NCBI GenBank assembly: GCA_046534355.1
Contig: JAWDNK010000001.1
Location: 1 to 41,332, forward strand
Source of the DNA: Candidatus Marsarchaeota archaeon
GTDB taxonomy: Archaea; Thermoproteota; Thermoprotei_A; Marsarchaeales; UBA168
Direction of reading: 5' to 3'
DNA length: 41,332 bases
Each line of letters opens with the position of its first letter. Position 1 is the first letter of the stretch. Shown one piece after another: positions 9,489 to 21,601 of the stretch. The notes beneath the pieces are model-generated. The model saw only the letters and a program-made list of their open reading frames with translations, was not told the origin of the DNA and did no database searches. Made by a program: the position numbers and the translations under genes.

Positions 9489-10107
9489 CCGTCTTTTCTC
9501 CTTGCTGCGCCCCCTCCTTCAAGAACACAGCGTCTACGGGGGCCCCTGGCTTGGTTATTCTAACCTTAACGCCAACCAGCCCCTCCTTAAGCAGGGCAGG
9601 AGCCTTGCCCAACTCGGTCTGCGCCCCGAGCACCATGCCGCTCTTGTAGATCACCCCACTGGTAAACCTAGCCATCCTGGACTTAGCCACCGACAGCCTA
9701 CCCCTGATTATTATCTCGACCCCGCGGGCACCGCTCTGCATGATCTCGTTCACGGCCGTGTTAGCTATCTTCCTGTAGTACATTCCCCTCTCCAGCTGCT
9801 CCGCCATGTTGAAGGCGACGGCTTGCGGTTCCAGATTCGGCTTGTCCAGACCATATACCAGCACGTGAGGATTATCTATGTTGTACTTTTTCTCCAGTTC
9901 GCTGGTCAGAGCCTGTATATTACCTCCCCTTTGGCCTATCACCATGCCCGGCCTTTGGGCGTACAATATTATCCTAGTCCCCAAGGGGGCCTGGGCTATC
10001 TCAACCCTGGATAGACCTGCCGACCTTAGCTCGTGGAAAAGTTGATCCTTCACCATGGAATATTTGAACCCTTTCTCAACAAAGTAATGCTTTACTAACA
10101 AAATCAC
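9469..10107 (-). CDS. rps3: 30S ribosomal protein uS3
   Basis: PLGTRIILYAQRPGMVIGQRG (KH); GARGVEIIIRGRL; GLVGVKVRI. Confidence 0.97.
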   Translation of the reverse strand: MILLVKHYFVEKGFKYSMVKDQLFHELRSAGLSRVEIAQAPLGTRIILYAQRPGMVIGQRGGNIQALTSELEKKYNIDNPHVLVYGLDKPNLEPQAVAFNMAEQLERGMYYRKIANTAVNEIMQSGARGVEIIIRGRLSVAKSRMARFTSGVIYKSGMVLGAQTELGKAPALLKEGLVGVKVRITKPGAPVDAVFLKEGAQQGEKTGEQVVA

Positions 10108-10586
10108 GACACCTCTCTAAGCCCGAGCTCCATATGGATCAGTTGCCTTACCTTGAGGTCGTGCTGGCCCCTGGCCCTAGCGAAAAACCTCCTCACCTTA
10201 GTGCCCAGGAGAGCAGCCGCGTGAAAAATCACCAACTTATCCTCGTCGAGTCCCTTTGAGTCGGCGGCCGCAAGGGCGTTATTGAGCAGTGCCTGCAATT
10301 GCTTTGCCGCCCTCACCGGGTAGCCACCTTCAGCTCCCCTTACCCCCTTCAGGGGAGAGTGATGAGGGACATGCTTGCGGTGGCTAACGTAGTGTATGGG
10401 CTGCTCCATATTTATCACGCCGTCGAGTATGGCCTGCGCCTCTTTAACCCGCTTTCCGCGTATTGCGTCCATCAGCTCCACCGTTTTCTTATAGGAGGCG
10501 CGGGCGTTCCTAGCGCTCACTAACACCTCCTTGGACGGGTCTTCCAACTGGACGGTGTACTCGTACCTGGGCGTTTTTATCTCCAA
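10104..10586 (-). CDS. rpl22: 50S ribosomal protein uL22
   Basis: SYKKTVEL; GGYPVRAA; RRFFARARG; HMEL. Confidence 0.95.
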   Translation of the reverse strand: MEIKTPRYEYTVQLEDPSKEVLVSARNARASYKKTVELMDAIRGKRVKEAQAILDGVINMEQPIHYVSHRKHVPHHSPLKGVRGAEGGYPVRAAKQLQALLNNALAAADSKGLDEDKLVIFHAAALLGTKVRRFFARARGQHDLKVRQLIHMELGLREVS

Positions 10587-10602
10587 TAATTTGGTGCGGG
10601 TT

Positions 10603-10616
10603 CTAATAAGCTTTGG
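10603..10616 (-). promoter_or_regulatory. Putative BRE/TATA (CCAAAG CTTATTAG) for the rpl22-led operon
   Basis: TATA-like element about 20 nt upstream of the rpl22 TTG; lies inside the read-through tail of the upstream ORF. Confidence 0.45.
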
Positions 10617-10699
10617 CCCAAGAGAGAAATCGCATTTCCGTATTCACAAGATGTTCGACGCGGGAACCCCAAGCAAACCATCCTCATCAGGTAAATCGC

Positions 10700-11023
10700 T
10701 CGGCCGAGCCCTTCAACGCTTTGGGACCTCAGGTCTATTATTACCGTATCGGACGATAAGGCCCAGACCTTTTCCGGCTTCCCCGCGCCCATTATCTGGC
10801 CCTGCTCGTAAATCAGGCCTGCTTCCTTCAGGACGAAGACGTGGTAGTAGAAGGTGCTTCTCTCCATGCTGGAGAAGCCTCCATTCCTCAACTCCGTGTA
10901 AACCGCGCTGCTGGGCTTCGGTCCCTGGCTCAAACACTTAATTATGGATAACCTGGCGGGCGCCTGAAGCGCCCTTACTAGGGTGGGCAAGTCCGCGTAC
11001 CCAAAGGATAGGGCTTTTGACAT
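10700..11023 (-). CDS. ArsR-like winged-helix transcriptional regulator, ending at CGA (107 aa)
   Basis: RALQAPARLSIIKCL; RSTFYYHVFVLKEAGLI; read-through would cross the rpl22 promoter. Confidence 0.8.
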
Positions 11024-11257
11024 CAGGTTATCTCATTAGATGCTTTATGCCTTACGGCCAACGCCGCAACAAAACGCAGCACGCGATACGGGGCGTATAG
11101 GCGACTAACGCGCACGCACAACAACGCGCACGCGCGCACCTCATCCGCATTCCAACAAGCGGGATACTTGGTTCGGTAAGTTCCTCAGCGTTTAGGCTAC
11201 GACGGAGAACACGGCCGTTCCGGTACGATCTTTCTACTTTCGGTTTCCCCGTCAAGT

Positions 11258-12235
11258 TCAAGCGGGCTGGTCACCTGGACGGCTTACGGAAACGCCTCCC
11301 GCTCCCCTGACTGAGTAAACCGACTCGGCCACTTCCTTCAAGGAGTTGGAAAGCGCGTCCATTTTTTCCCCGCAAAGCACTACGACGCTCCCGCCGAAAC
11401 CTCCACCGCTTATTTTGGCGCCCAATGCCCCATGCTCAAGCGCAGTCCTGATCAGGGCCCTTGAGCGCTCATTCACCACTCCGAGCTGCTCCAGATAAGC
11501 CTCGTTTTCACTCATAAGGGAGCCGAGGGAAACCCAGTCCCCTTTCCTGATCGCGCGAACCGCCTCATCCGCCAAGGAGCCTATTGCCTCCATCAAGTCA
11601 TCAAAGCGTCTCCCCATTTGCTCCCTGCGCCTCCTGACGAACTCCACCGCTGCGCCCGTCTCCATCTCCTTTTTAGTATACGCGAGCAGAAAACGGGGGC
11701 CGTCCAAACGTCCGATCGAGGAAAACCCACCTTCGAAGGACGCGTTAACCTCGAGGACTCCGCCTACCGAAACTGCCAGGGTATCCATGGGACTCGCCCT
11801 TCCCTGAACAGAAACCTCGACCTCCCTGCCCAAGGCAGCCAAATCCGCGATTCCTAAAAGCTTTCCATAGGCAGCAGAATAGGCCGCCAAGGTGCCAACG
11901 GCTACCGATGCGCTACTCCCCAGCCCAGATCCGAACGGGATATGGCTTTTTATGCCGATCCTAACCGGCAGCGCGCTTCCCATCAACGCCCAGACCTTCT
12001 TGACCGATGTAGAAACGTATGGCAGCGCGGTTTCGCCTCCGCCATTCAGGCCGAGCTCGGCCGTGATCCTACCGCCTGGAAACTCCGACTCTATAATCAC
12101 GGCATCTTTTAGGGGATGATCAACGATCACCTCTGTGAAGAGGTCAATGGACATGACCAAAGCTGGGTAGCCGTAGACTACGGCGTGCTCTCCGAATAGC
12201 GTCACCTTAGCAGGGGCAAGGGCGCGAGCCAGCAC
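11258..12235 (-). CDS. mvk: Mevalonate kinase (GHMP family)
   Basis: APAKVTLFGEHAVVYG; PFGSGLGSSAS; GRASPMD; GAKISGGGFGG. Confidence 0.93.
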   Translation of the reverse strand: MLARALAPAKVTLFGEHAVVYGYPALVMSIDLFTEVIVDHPLKDAVIIESEFPGGRITAELGLNGGGETALPYVSTSVKKVWALMGSALPVRIGIKSHIPFGSGLGSSASVAVGTLAAYSAAYGKLLGIADLAALGREVEVSVQGRASPMDTLAVSVGGVLEVNASFEGGFSSIGRLDGPRFLLAYTKKEMETGAAVEFVRRRREQMGRRFDDLMEAIGSLADEAVRAIRKGDWVSLGSLMSENEAYLEQLGVVNERSRALIRTALEHGALGAKISGGGFGGSVVVLCGEKMDALSNSLKEVAESVYSVRGAGGVSVSRPGDQPA

Positions 12236-12494
12236 GCCGATTTCGCCTCATCGTGACATCCCGCTATCCCTTTTGTGTTTTTCTTTTTCCCGCCACGCTT
12301 CTCCCGCGATGAGGCGGTGTTGGCATTCACACGTGGGTAAGCCCACTAAGACGGGCACGTCGACGACTACCCGGGTAAGAGGCCTCATGAACTCTTCGGG
12401 GGATAGATGAAACCAGAAACCCGGCTTAGTTCGGCTTGACGATGAGAAAGGCACACTTACGTTTTCGCCGGCATGCCACAAAGCCATCCAAGCA

Positions 12495-12527
12495 GTAAAT
12501 TACCCCGTCCTCACGGACGGGGTCTCT
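12495..12527 (-). repeat. Hairpin ACCCCGTCC-GTGA-GGACGGGGT-AATTTAC, partial copy of the IS200/IS605 right-end-like repeat
   Basis: Perfect 9-bp stem with GNRA loop; shares GTAAATTACCCCG (+ strand) exactly with the copy at 38820. Confidence 0.7.
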
Positions 12528-12747
12528 GGTGGAAAAGACGAAGGGGAGCACAGCGCGGGCCGAGTCGACGTCATGGATTGTAATATTCGTGCCCGTGCTG
12601 ATGCCCATGTCCATGCCCACGCCCACTCCGTCCTACTTATACCTCACTTATACCTAAGTTCGTACCGATCCGGTCAATTGATTGTGGTTCTCTGAAAAAG
12701 GTTGGGGGAAAGGCCGTACTCTTGATGAAAACTACGTTTAGAGCAAC

Positions 12748-13770
12748 TCATCCGAAGAAAGACGTCAGGGACGTCTGGGTGCCGGTCGCTTGGGGCCTCT
12801 TCTTCAAGCGCGCCAGGTTTTCGAGCACCCTCTCCCTGGAAAAGTCATGCTGGTCGCACAAGAACGACACCACCTTCTCGACATCAACCTCTCCCCATTT
12901 TGGATCTTGAACTGGGTTAACCTTGGGTGAAAGGAACAGCTCCCTCAGCGATAGTGGGGAGGGATCGAGACCCTTGGCCTTTACAACCCCCTCGAGATTT
13001 CCGTACTGCCTTATCAGAGATAAGGCCTTCTTCGGACCAATGCCCTGATAGCCCTCGTTGTAATCGGTGCCTATCATTAGGCCCACGTCCACCAGCTGCT
13101 CACGGGTTATCCCGAGGGACTTCAAGGTCTTGTCCAGTGATATAAGCTCGATTTCTACAGGAACGTAACGGTTTTCGTTGGCGACCTTTCTCCTCCCCGA
13201 TACGGTTAGGTTTCTTACAAGCCTGTCCGCACCGAACAAAAGGGAATCGTAATCCTGACTTCCCACGGCCCAGGCTTTGCCCTCCTTAACCATCGCCGCG
13301 GCCTGCGCTTCACCCTCTGCTGCAGCCTGGAACCAGGGTATACCCATGGCGTCTAGGAGCGTTTTCGCCTCGTCCACCATCGCTTGCGTGAGGAGGGCCG
13401 CCCTCTCACCGTACTTCCGCGCCTCTTCCTCGTTCCCGGCTTGCACGGCCTGCTGATACAATCTCTCAGCGGCGCGCCTCAACTCTACCCTCTCCTCAAT
13501 AGTCTTCTTCTTCTCCTTTATGGCAGGCCCGTCGAAAACGTAGACGGGCCAAACCCCCTTTTCCAAGAAGTTAACCGTACGGTAAAAGAGACCACTCAGG
13601 TGAGATGTGATCCTTTCCCTGCTGTCCATCAGAGGCCTACCATCATCCCCCCGTATGATGCTTAAAAATTGATAAAGCGCGTTGTGACCATCTATGGCGA
13701 TGACCTTTCCGGAGAGCTGTTGAAGGGTGACGTTTTCCCTAACGACTATGTCCCGGAGGTCGACGCCCAT
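12748..13770 (-). CDS. fen: Flap endonuclease 1
   Basis: MGVDL; AIDGHNALYQFLSIIR; EGEAQAA; SQDYDSLLFG; IGTDYN; C-terminal PIP box QTSLTSFF. Confidence 0.98.
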   Translation of the reverse strand: MGVDLRDIVVRENVTLQQLSGKVIAIDGHNALYQFLSIIRGDDGRPLMDSRERITSHLSGLFYRTVNFLEKGVWPVYVFDGPAIKEKKKTIEERVELRRAAERLYQQAVQAGNEEEARKYGERAALLTQAMVDEAKTLLDAMGIPWFQAAAEGEAQAAAMVKEGKAWAVGSQDYDSLLFGADRLVRNLTVSGRRKVANENRYVPVEIELISLDKTLKSLGITREQLVDVGLMIGTDYNEGYQGIGPKKALSLIRQYGNLEGVVKAKGLDPSPLSLRELFLSPKVNPVQDPKWGEVDVEKVVSFLCDQHDFSRERVLENLARLKKRPQATGTQTSLTSFFG

Positions 13771-13776
13771 AGCGTT

Positions 13777-16235
<2,459 letters not shown>

Positions 16236-16384
16236 TCAGAACCAACGCTTTAACCCTATCGTCCAAAATAGGTAAAAGCCAAGGCCGAGCTCTGGCAAAA
16301 GAGAAGATTTTCACCGCAGGGGCCTTCGTAGCTTCACCAGCGTTGAAAAAGGCAAAGGTTATATCATGCCCAATAAATTTGATT

Positions 16385-17086
16385 ATGGCTTACGATCAAT
16401 CGGAAGAAGAAAGGGTGTCTTATGATCGGTCCATATCGTCCCTTATAGACCACACCAGGATTGTGCAAGAAGCCCTCCGCGCGGTCCTTTCGACGGCGGA
16501 GGCGGTTAGGCAGAAGGACCCGAACTCCTCGTCTGCATCTTACAAAAAGCTGCTGAGCCTGAAGGAGACTGATGAGCTCAACACCCGCAAGAAAGTAGAG
16601 CAAACATTGGCTGGAGCCCAGCTCGTATCCAACTTTGCTGCCTCCCTGCTCTCGGCAGATGACTTGATAACCGAGGTATCCTCCTTCGCTGAAGCCGTAA
16701 GCTTCAGATTAAACGCCATGACCAGCGAGGACTTCTGCCTTATGCTTAACAGCAAAGAAAAACAGAGCGAAATTTTCCTCAACGGTATAACCGAGATAAT
16801 CGCCATGGCCTTCGATGCTTTTGAAAAAGCTAAATCAGCCCTTCAAAACCTTAAGTCGGATACGGTAAGGGCGGTCCAGCTGACCTATGAGGTAGATGCC
16901 ATGGAGGCCCAAGTAGACCACAAGCAAAGGGAGCTAGATCTAAAGGTCCTAAGGCTCAACGTTGCCCTGCCGTGCGTGCTGCTGATGCACGAAACGGTTC
17001 AAAGGGCCGAAGAAATGGTCGATTCCATACAAAGGTTATCTAGCGCCGTCAGGGTCCTGGCTTTGATGCGCGGAGGATTGTCCTGA
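16385..17086 (+). CDS. DUF47/PhoU-like helical protein
   Basis: All-helical; EVDAMEAQVDHKQR and EEMVDSIQ resemble the E-x3-D metal motifs; start ATG 16385 downstream of GGTTATAT. Confidence 0.6.
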   Translation: MAYDQSEEERVSYDRSISSLIDHTRIVQEALRAVLSTAEAVRQKDPNSSSASYKKLLSLKETDELNTRKKVEQTLAGAQLVSNFAASLLSADDLITEVSSFAEAVSFRLNAMTSEDFCLMLNSKEKQSEIFLNGITEIIAMAFDAFEKAKSALQNLKSDTVRAVQLTYEVDAMEAQVDHKQRELDLKVLRLNVALPCVLLMHETVQRAEEMVDSIQRLSSAVRVLALMRGGLS

Positions 17087-18092
17087 TATTTCCCGCGTAA
17101 ACCGATGCCGTCAATCCAGTTATCAATACATCCCACCAATAAAGTATCAACCTTATCAGGATAGTCGCGGCGAGGGCGACCGGTAGGGGAACTCCAAGGG
17201 CAACATACGATAAGCTCATGGCCGCCTCCACGAAGCCCAACATGCCGGGGATTCCTATGGGGATGCTCGTTACGAACTCACCAACCAACATAACGAGGGT
17301 TATCTCCCAGAAATTTATGCCGTAGTAGTTCAGCGATACGAAAACCCAGTATGAGATCGCCGCGGCCAATAAGAGCCTGAGCACTATGATGAAAAGGGAT
17401 AAGAACATGGCGCCGGGAGAACTCATCATGTCGGATAAAGCCTCGTTGAACTGCGTTGTTGACCTTTCCGCCTCAGCCTCTATCTCCCTGTTTACCTTTT
17501 TGACCTTCCTCACGAAACGGTAGTAAACGGAGAATAGGTGCTTTGACGCCCAACTCACGAGCCCTTTGTGTCTCGAGGCCACCAGTATGAATACACCGGC
17601 CGCCACCGTTAACCCCACGAAAAACAAGAAGGGGTAAATCAGGTGAAACCTTGGCCTATCAGCGAAGTAAATGATGAATATGCTGGCAGTGGTTATTATG
17701 GCGTAGGCGAAAGCGTAAAGCACCCTTTGCACGATCACGCTCGCCGTTGAAGCTGACGTGTTATTACCCTCTCTGCCCATCAGCAAGGCCCTAGACACGT
17801 CCATCAGCACCCCTGCTGGGGTAACGTAAAGCAAGAACAGACTGGACCACGTTATCCCCACGCTCTTCTTCAGCTTGACCCTAATGCCGGTTGCCCTCAA
17901 TAGGACATGCCAGGAAAGGGCGTACAGAAACAAGCCGAAGACCTCCAGCGCCGCGCCGCCAGCCAGAAGCACTGGATCAGTCTTGCATATGACCGAGAGC
18001 GCGTTCGTATCCTTCAGTAAGTAGAACACAACCACGAGCAGGAGGAGAGCCACTAGGATGACGAGCGCGCCGTGGAGGATGGAAGACTTCAT
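17049..18092 (-). CDS. Flippase-like / lysylphosphatidylglycerol-synthase TM family (UPF0104) membrane protein
   Basis: Multiple TM segments; W-x2-LL, TP-x-G, PIGIPGMLGFVE, LIRLILYW. Confidence 0.8.
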   Translation of the reverse strand: MKSSILHGALVILVALLLLVVVFYLLKDTNALSVICKTDPVLLAGGAALEVFGLFLYALSWHVLLRATGIRVKLKKSVGITWSSLFLLYVTPAGVLMDVSRALLMGREGNNTSASTASVIVQRVLYAFAYAIITTASIFIIYFADRPRFHLIYPFLFFVGLTVAAGVFILVASRHKGLVSWASKHLFSVYYRFVRKVKKVNREIEAEAERSTTQFNEALSDMMSSPGAMFLSLFIIVLRLLLAAAISYWVFVSLNYYGINFWEITLVMLVGEFVTSIPIGIPGMLGFVEAAMSLSYVALGVPLPVALAATILIRLILYWWDVLITGLTASVYAGNIRTILRASKPGP

Positions 18093-18298
18093 AGGAGTAC
18101 GTGGGCACGGTATAAATGCTTAGTTGATTCAGCTATACGGTTTCAACGCTTTCCAAGTCGTTTCAGCCATTTACCGATGGCCAAGGCGACGCCGTGCCCA
18201 GCTTTTAAAAATGAATCGGCAAGCAGACATAAAGGGGCAAAATTCGGCAACGGAGCCCAGCCGTGAAAAAGCTTTACTCCTTCCGTCCTTGGAATGAC

Positions 18299-18841
18299 GT
18301 GGCCAAAGGTATATTTAATGGAAGGTCGGTCTTGGTATTGGACAAAGAGGAGGGGGGCAAGCTTTACGCCATGGGGTACTACGGCCGTCCTCTATCCGTC
18401 TACAAACCCAAAGAAAAGGAGATATCGTCGGAAATAGAGCTGTCGCCCGTAGAGGCCCTTTATTTGGCCAAGACGGGCGCGCTCGAGGTTTACCGGGGAG
18501 AGAGAAAGCTATCATGGGAAGAACTGGAAAACGAACTCCGCAAAGACATAAACAACTTTCGCGAGCTCTACATGGTCTATGAAGACCTTAAGTCCAAGGG
18601 TTACATCGTGAAGCCCGGGATGAAGTTCGGGGCCGATTACGCCGTATACGAATACGGGCCGGGAATTGATCACGCGGTTTTCCTTGTACACGTGGTTTTG
18701 GCTTACGACGCTTTCGAACCGGAGGAAATCGTTAGGGCTGGGCGGCTTTCCCACGGGGTTAGGAAGAGGTTCGTAATGGCCTATCCGAACGTTTCTAGCA
18801 AAAAAGTGGAGTACGTGGTTTTCAGGTGGGTTAAACCCCGA
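18299..18841 (+). CDS. endA: tRNA-splicing endonuclease catalytic (alpha) subunit, ending at CGA (18839-18841)
   Basis: VYEDLKSKGYIVKPGMKFGADYAVYEYGPGIDHA (catalytic Tyr/His), RLSHGVRK (Lys); crenarchaeal-type loop GYYGRPLSVYKPK; ends FRWVKP-CGA. Confidence 0.95.
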
Positions 18842-18858
18842 GCGACAAAAGGAAGACG

Positions 18859-18890
18859 AGCCTCGCCCTTCAGGGCGGGGAGGGGGTCAG
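18859..18890 (+). mobile_element. IS200/IS605-type right-end scar AGCCTCGCCCTTCAGGGCGGGGAGGGGGTCAG
   Basis: Subterminal hairpin CCTCGCCC-TTCA-GGGCGGGG followed by GGTCAG, as recalled for archaeal IS605/IS1341 tnpB element ends. Confidence 0.65.
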
Positions 18891-20081
18891 TTTCTTGGGC
18901 AATCTAGACCTGGTAGTCCTCCAATCCACGCCGGCTTTGCTGCCCGCCAGCAGTATGGCATCGCGCTTCTCCACAAGCCTGTCCCTGTATTTCATCAAAT
19001 CCTTGAGCATCACCGGGATCTCCCCCTCAACGGTGTGCTTAGGGTAGAAACCCAGCTCGGGCAGAACGTGCCTCTCCACGTTGTAATAGTGGCGTTGAGC
19101 CTCTACCCTGGGGTCAGGTACTGGCCTTATCTCCACGCTAAGGCCAAGCTGGTCACCGGCCTTCTTGACCATTTGGGCCAACTCCATGACGCTCCTGCTC
19201 TCAGCATATTGGTTGACCACTCTCATGGTTCCCGTCTCCGGTGGGTGCTCGATAAGGGTTGCCAAGGCAGTTATGCTATCTTCTAGGGAAATGAAACCCC
19301 TCGTCTGCCCCCCTTCGCCGTAAGGGGTAAGGGGTATACCAGCTACCGCCTCCACACAATACCTATTTAAAACCGTCCCCCATACCTCATCGAAGTCGAA
19401 GCGTGTCCTCAGCTCCTCATCCTTCATGTCTTCCGTCCTCGTCCCGTAGACAGGCCCTTGATGCACGTCGGTCGCAGTGAGACCCCAAATCTTCACCGCG
19501 AAGGATATGTTGTTGCTGTCGTGTACTTTGCTCCAGTGGTACCAGCTGCCGGCCTGCCTCGGGAAAGGCAACCTATCCTTCCTGCCGTGGTATTCCACCT
19601 CGAAATAGCCCTCAGCTATGTCTATGTTCGGTGTGCCGTACTCACCCAGGGTCCCCATCTTCAAAAGGTGGGCGCCAGGCGCGTGTTCCTTAATGGCGTA
19701 GAGCAGATTCATAGTCCCTATCACGTTGTTCTCCATGGTGAAAATCGCGTGGTTTAGGTCGATCTGCGAGTAGGGCGCGCTTCTCTGCTCGGCGAAGTCC
19801 ACGATGGCGTCAGGCTTCTGATCCTCCACGAAGGAGGAAACGAAGTTATAGTCCCTTAGGTCACCCTCCCTAAAGACGACGTCGGCCCCGTAAACCGCTT
19901 TGACCGCCTTTAACCTATCTTCCATGCTAGGGATGGGTATGGCAGACCAGGACCCCACTTCCTCCACGGCCCTCCTCGTGTAAAAGTTATCCGCGGCAGA
20001 AACCTCATGACCGTGGGCCACCATCCTTAACACAAGGGGCCAACCGAGGTACCCGTCCGCCCCCAGTATCATTACCTTCAT
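18870..20081 (-). CDS. agl3: UDP-sulfoquinovose synthase (Agl3/SqdB, extended SDR)
   Basis: ILGADGYLGWP; AEQRSAPYS; KMGTLGEYGTPN; SWYHWSKVHDS; RFDFDEVWGTVLNRYC. Confidence 0.95.
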   Translation of the reverse strand: MKVMILGADGYLGWPLVLRMVAHGHEVSAADNFYTRRAVEEVGSWSAIPIPSMEDRLKAVKAVYGADVVFREGDLRDYNFVSSFVEDQKPDAIVDFAEQRSAPYSQIDLNHAIFTMENNVIGTMNLLYAIKEHAPGAHLLKMGTLGEYGTPNIDIAEGYFEVEYHGRKDRLPFPRQAGSWYHWSKVHDSNNISFAVKIWGLTATDVHQGPVYGTRTEDMKDEELRTRFDFDEVWGTVLNRYCVEAVAGIPLTPYGEGGQTRGFISLEDSITALATLIEHPPETGTMRVVNQYAESRSVMELAQMVKKAGDQLGLSVEIRPVPDPRVEAQRHYYNVERHVLPELGFYPKHTVEGEIPVMLKDLMKYRDRLVEKRDAILLAGSKAGVDWRTTRSRLPKKLTPSPP

Positions 20082-20149
20082 GACAGTACTCGCATTTTCA
20101 GCGCTTTAAGGATACCGAATTCCAGTTGACCGGTTACCTCGGCGAGTCG

Positions 20150-20275
20150 GTGAAGGGCCCGTCATCGAGGAATGGGCTTCCCGGTTCGCCGGGGCGCCCG
20201 TGGGCCGGCGGGAAGTACCCCCGGGGCGCTGAGGAAGGGGCGCGGTCATCCCCGGGCACCTCGCCCACCTCTCAG
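20150..20275 (-). ncRNA. Putative structured RNA / omega-RNA-like remnant
   Basis: Very GC-rich intergenic segment; CCCGG...CCGGG pairing, then GAAGCCC...GGGC hairpin ending TTCAC; TATA-like CTTAAAAAC upstream near 20340. Confidence 0.35.
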
Positions 20276-20402
20276 AAAACGGCGATCACCATCACGCCTT
20301 GGGTACATAATATCGCTAACGCCTGCTGCAACGTTTGTTTTAAGGGGGTTATCCGCCACCGCCTCTAAGAGACGAGGTTTCCCTCATTTATTAGAAAAAA
20401 TT

Positions 20403-20507
20403 TCGCTTCTTTTTAGCCCCGGACTTGGTCTTTTCCTCCTGCTGCTTCTTAGCCCGCTCCTGCTTATAGACCTCGTCCAACAACGGAGACCGCTGTTGTC
20501 CTCCCAT
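20403..20507 (-). CDS. Small basic protein (34 aa), ending at CGA
   Basis: MGGQQRSPLLDEVYKQERAKKQQEEKTKSGAKKK-CGA, preceded by BRE/TATA-like GGAAAGCCTTATGT and followed by a T6 tract. Confidence 0.55.
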
Positions 20508-20690
20508 ACGTCTTCCCCGTGGCGTCGTACATAAGGCTTTCCAACAATCCCCATCAACTGGACCGAGAACCGTCCATTGAGATCGCACCATCGAGGGTCA
20601 TTGCCCTCACAAAGCGCTAACGGGCAGAAGCGGGAAACCCCCGAATCCAGCTCATAAAGGGGCCGAGCTCGTTGTCCGCTCTACGCGGTT

Positions 20691-21548
20691 TCGCGGGCTC
20701 TGCGGCTTTGCGCCCATCGTGGCTGCGAGGACGTTCAGCGTTATCAACGCCAAAGGTATCGCCTCGTCTGTCCTTATGCTTTTGAGGACCTGACCGGGAT
20801 CCATGTTCACAGTGTAATCGCAAAGCCCCTTCATCGAAACCCCATCCCTTTTCGCGATTTCCGATAGGTCGCTGGATGGCGAGCCAAAGATCAAGAACGT
20901 CTCTTTGAACCTCTGCGCAACGTTGAGCAGGGTCACCCCCAGCTTCCGGTAATCTTCGCCGTACCTGGACGTCGCAATCTTGAACCCCTCTAACTCCTTT
21001 AACGTAGCACCCAAACCTTTGCGGGTCCTCCTGACAAAAAAACCCGAATACAGCGTTGGACGACAGAGCTCACCCTCAAGAGGAGAAAGCGAAGTTATGC
21101 GGATGAAGGTCAGCCCTTCCATACCCGGCGGTGCGGGCGTGGGCTCCCCCCCTTTAACGACCGCGAACTTATCCGCGTCAACCCACGCCCTTTTACCCTC
21201 TAGGAGAGCTACTCTAACATCACCGACCGAGATCCTAGGGCTCTGCGGGTGGGTTGGTATGTTTATGGGAGGCATTAGACCCGCGTACTTCAGGTCCTCC
21301 TTTAGCGGAAAAATCCGCCTCCTGAGATAGGGCGGTATAACGGAGAACTTGAGCAACGTTTCCAGGGCGGAAGCGAAGCGATCGTCGCTGGAGCTGTATT
21401 CCCTGTAAATTATTACCTGGTTAGTGTTCGCCATGGCAGCGAACCTAGCCATGAAGCCAACCCTTAGCGTGAAATCGGCCATGTTATCATGCGTAGAAAG
21501 CGACGAGTCGGGTATTACCAAGCTCACGGGGTTGGGCCAATCGTGCAT
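20691..21548 (-). CDS. SPOUT-class RNA methyltransferase (MTH1/DUF171 family), ending at CGA
   Basis: SLVIPDS; PPYLRRRIFP..DLKYAGLMPP; IATSRYG; IFGSP; PGQVLKSIRTDEA; family usually neighbours rpl3. Confidence 0.88.
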
Positions 21549-21601
21549 GCCATAAGTGAGTTGCATGCTTAAAAGGGGGAACGTTATTTTCTTGATTAAG
21601 C

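Noticed and set aside
10630-10695. Hammerhead ribozyme or C/D-box RNA (CTGATGA on - strand)
   Set aside because: No correctly placed GAAA core stems and no CTGA D box
11052-11261. Cys-rich 69-aa ORF
   Set aside because: Cys/Ala/Arg content comes from the GC/GT dinucleotide repeat; no recognisable motif
20126-20368. RNase P RNA or SRP RNA
   Set aside because: GAGGAA is not followed by the P4 consensus and no SRP helix-8 motif is present
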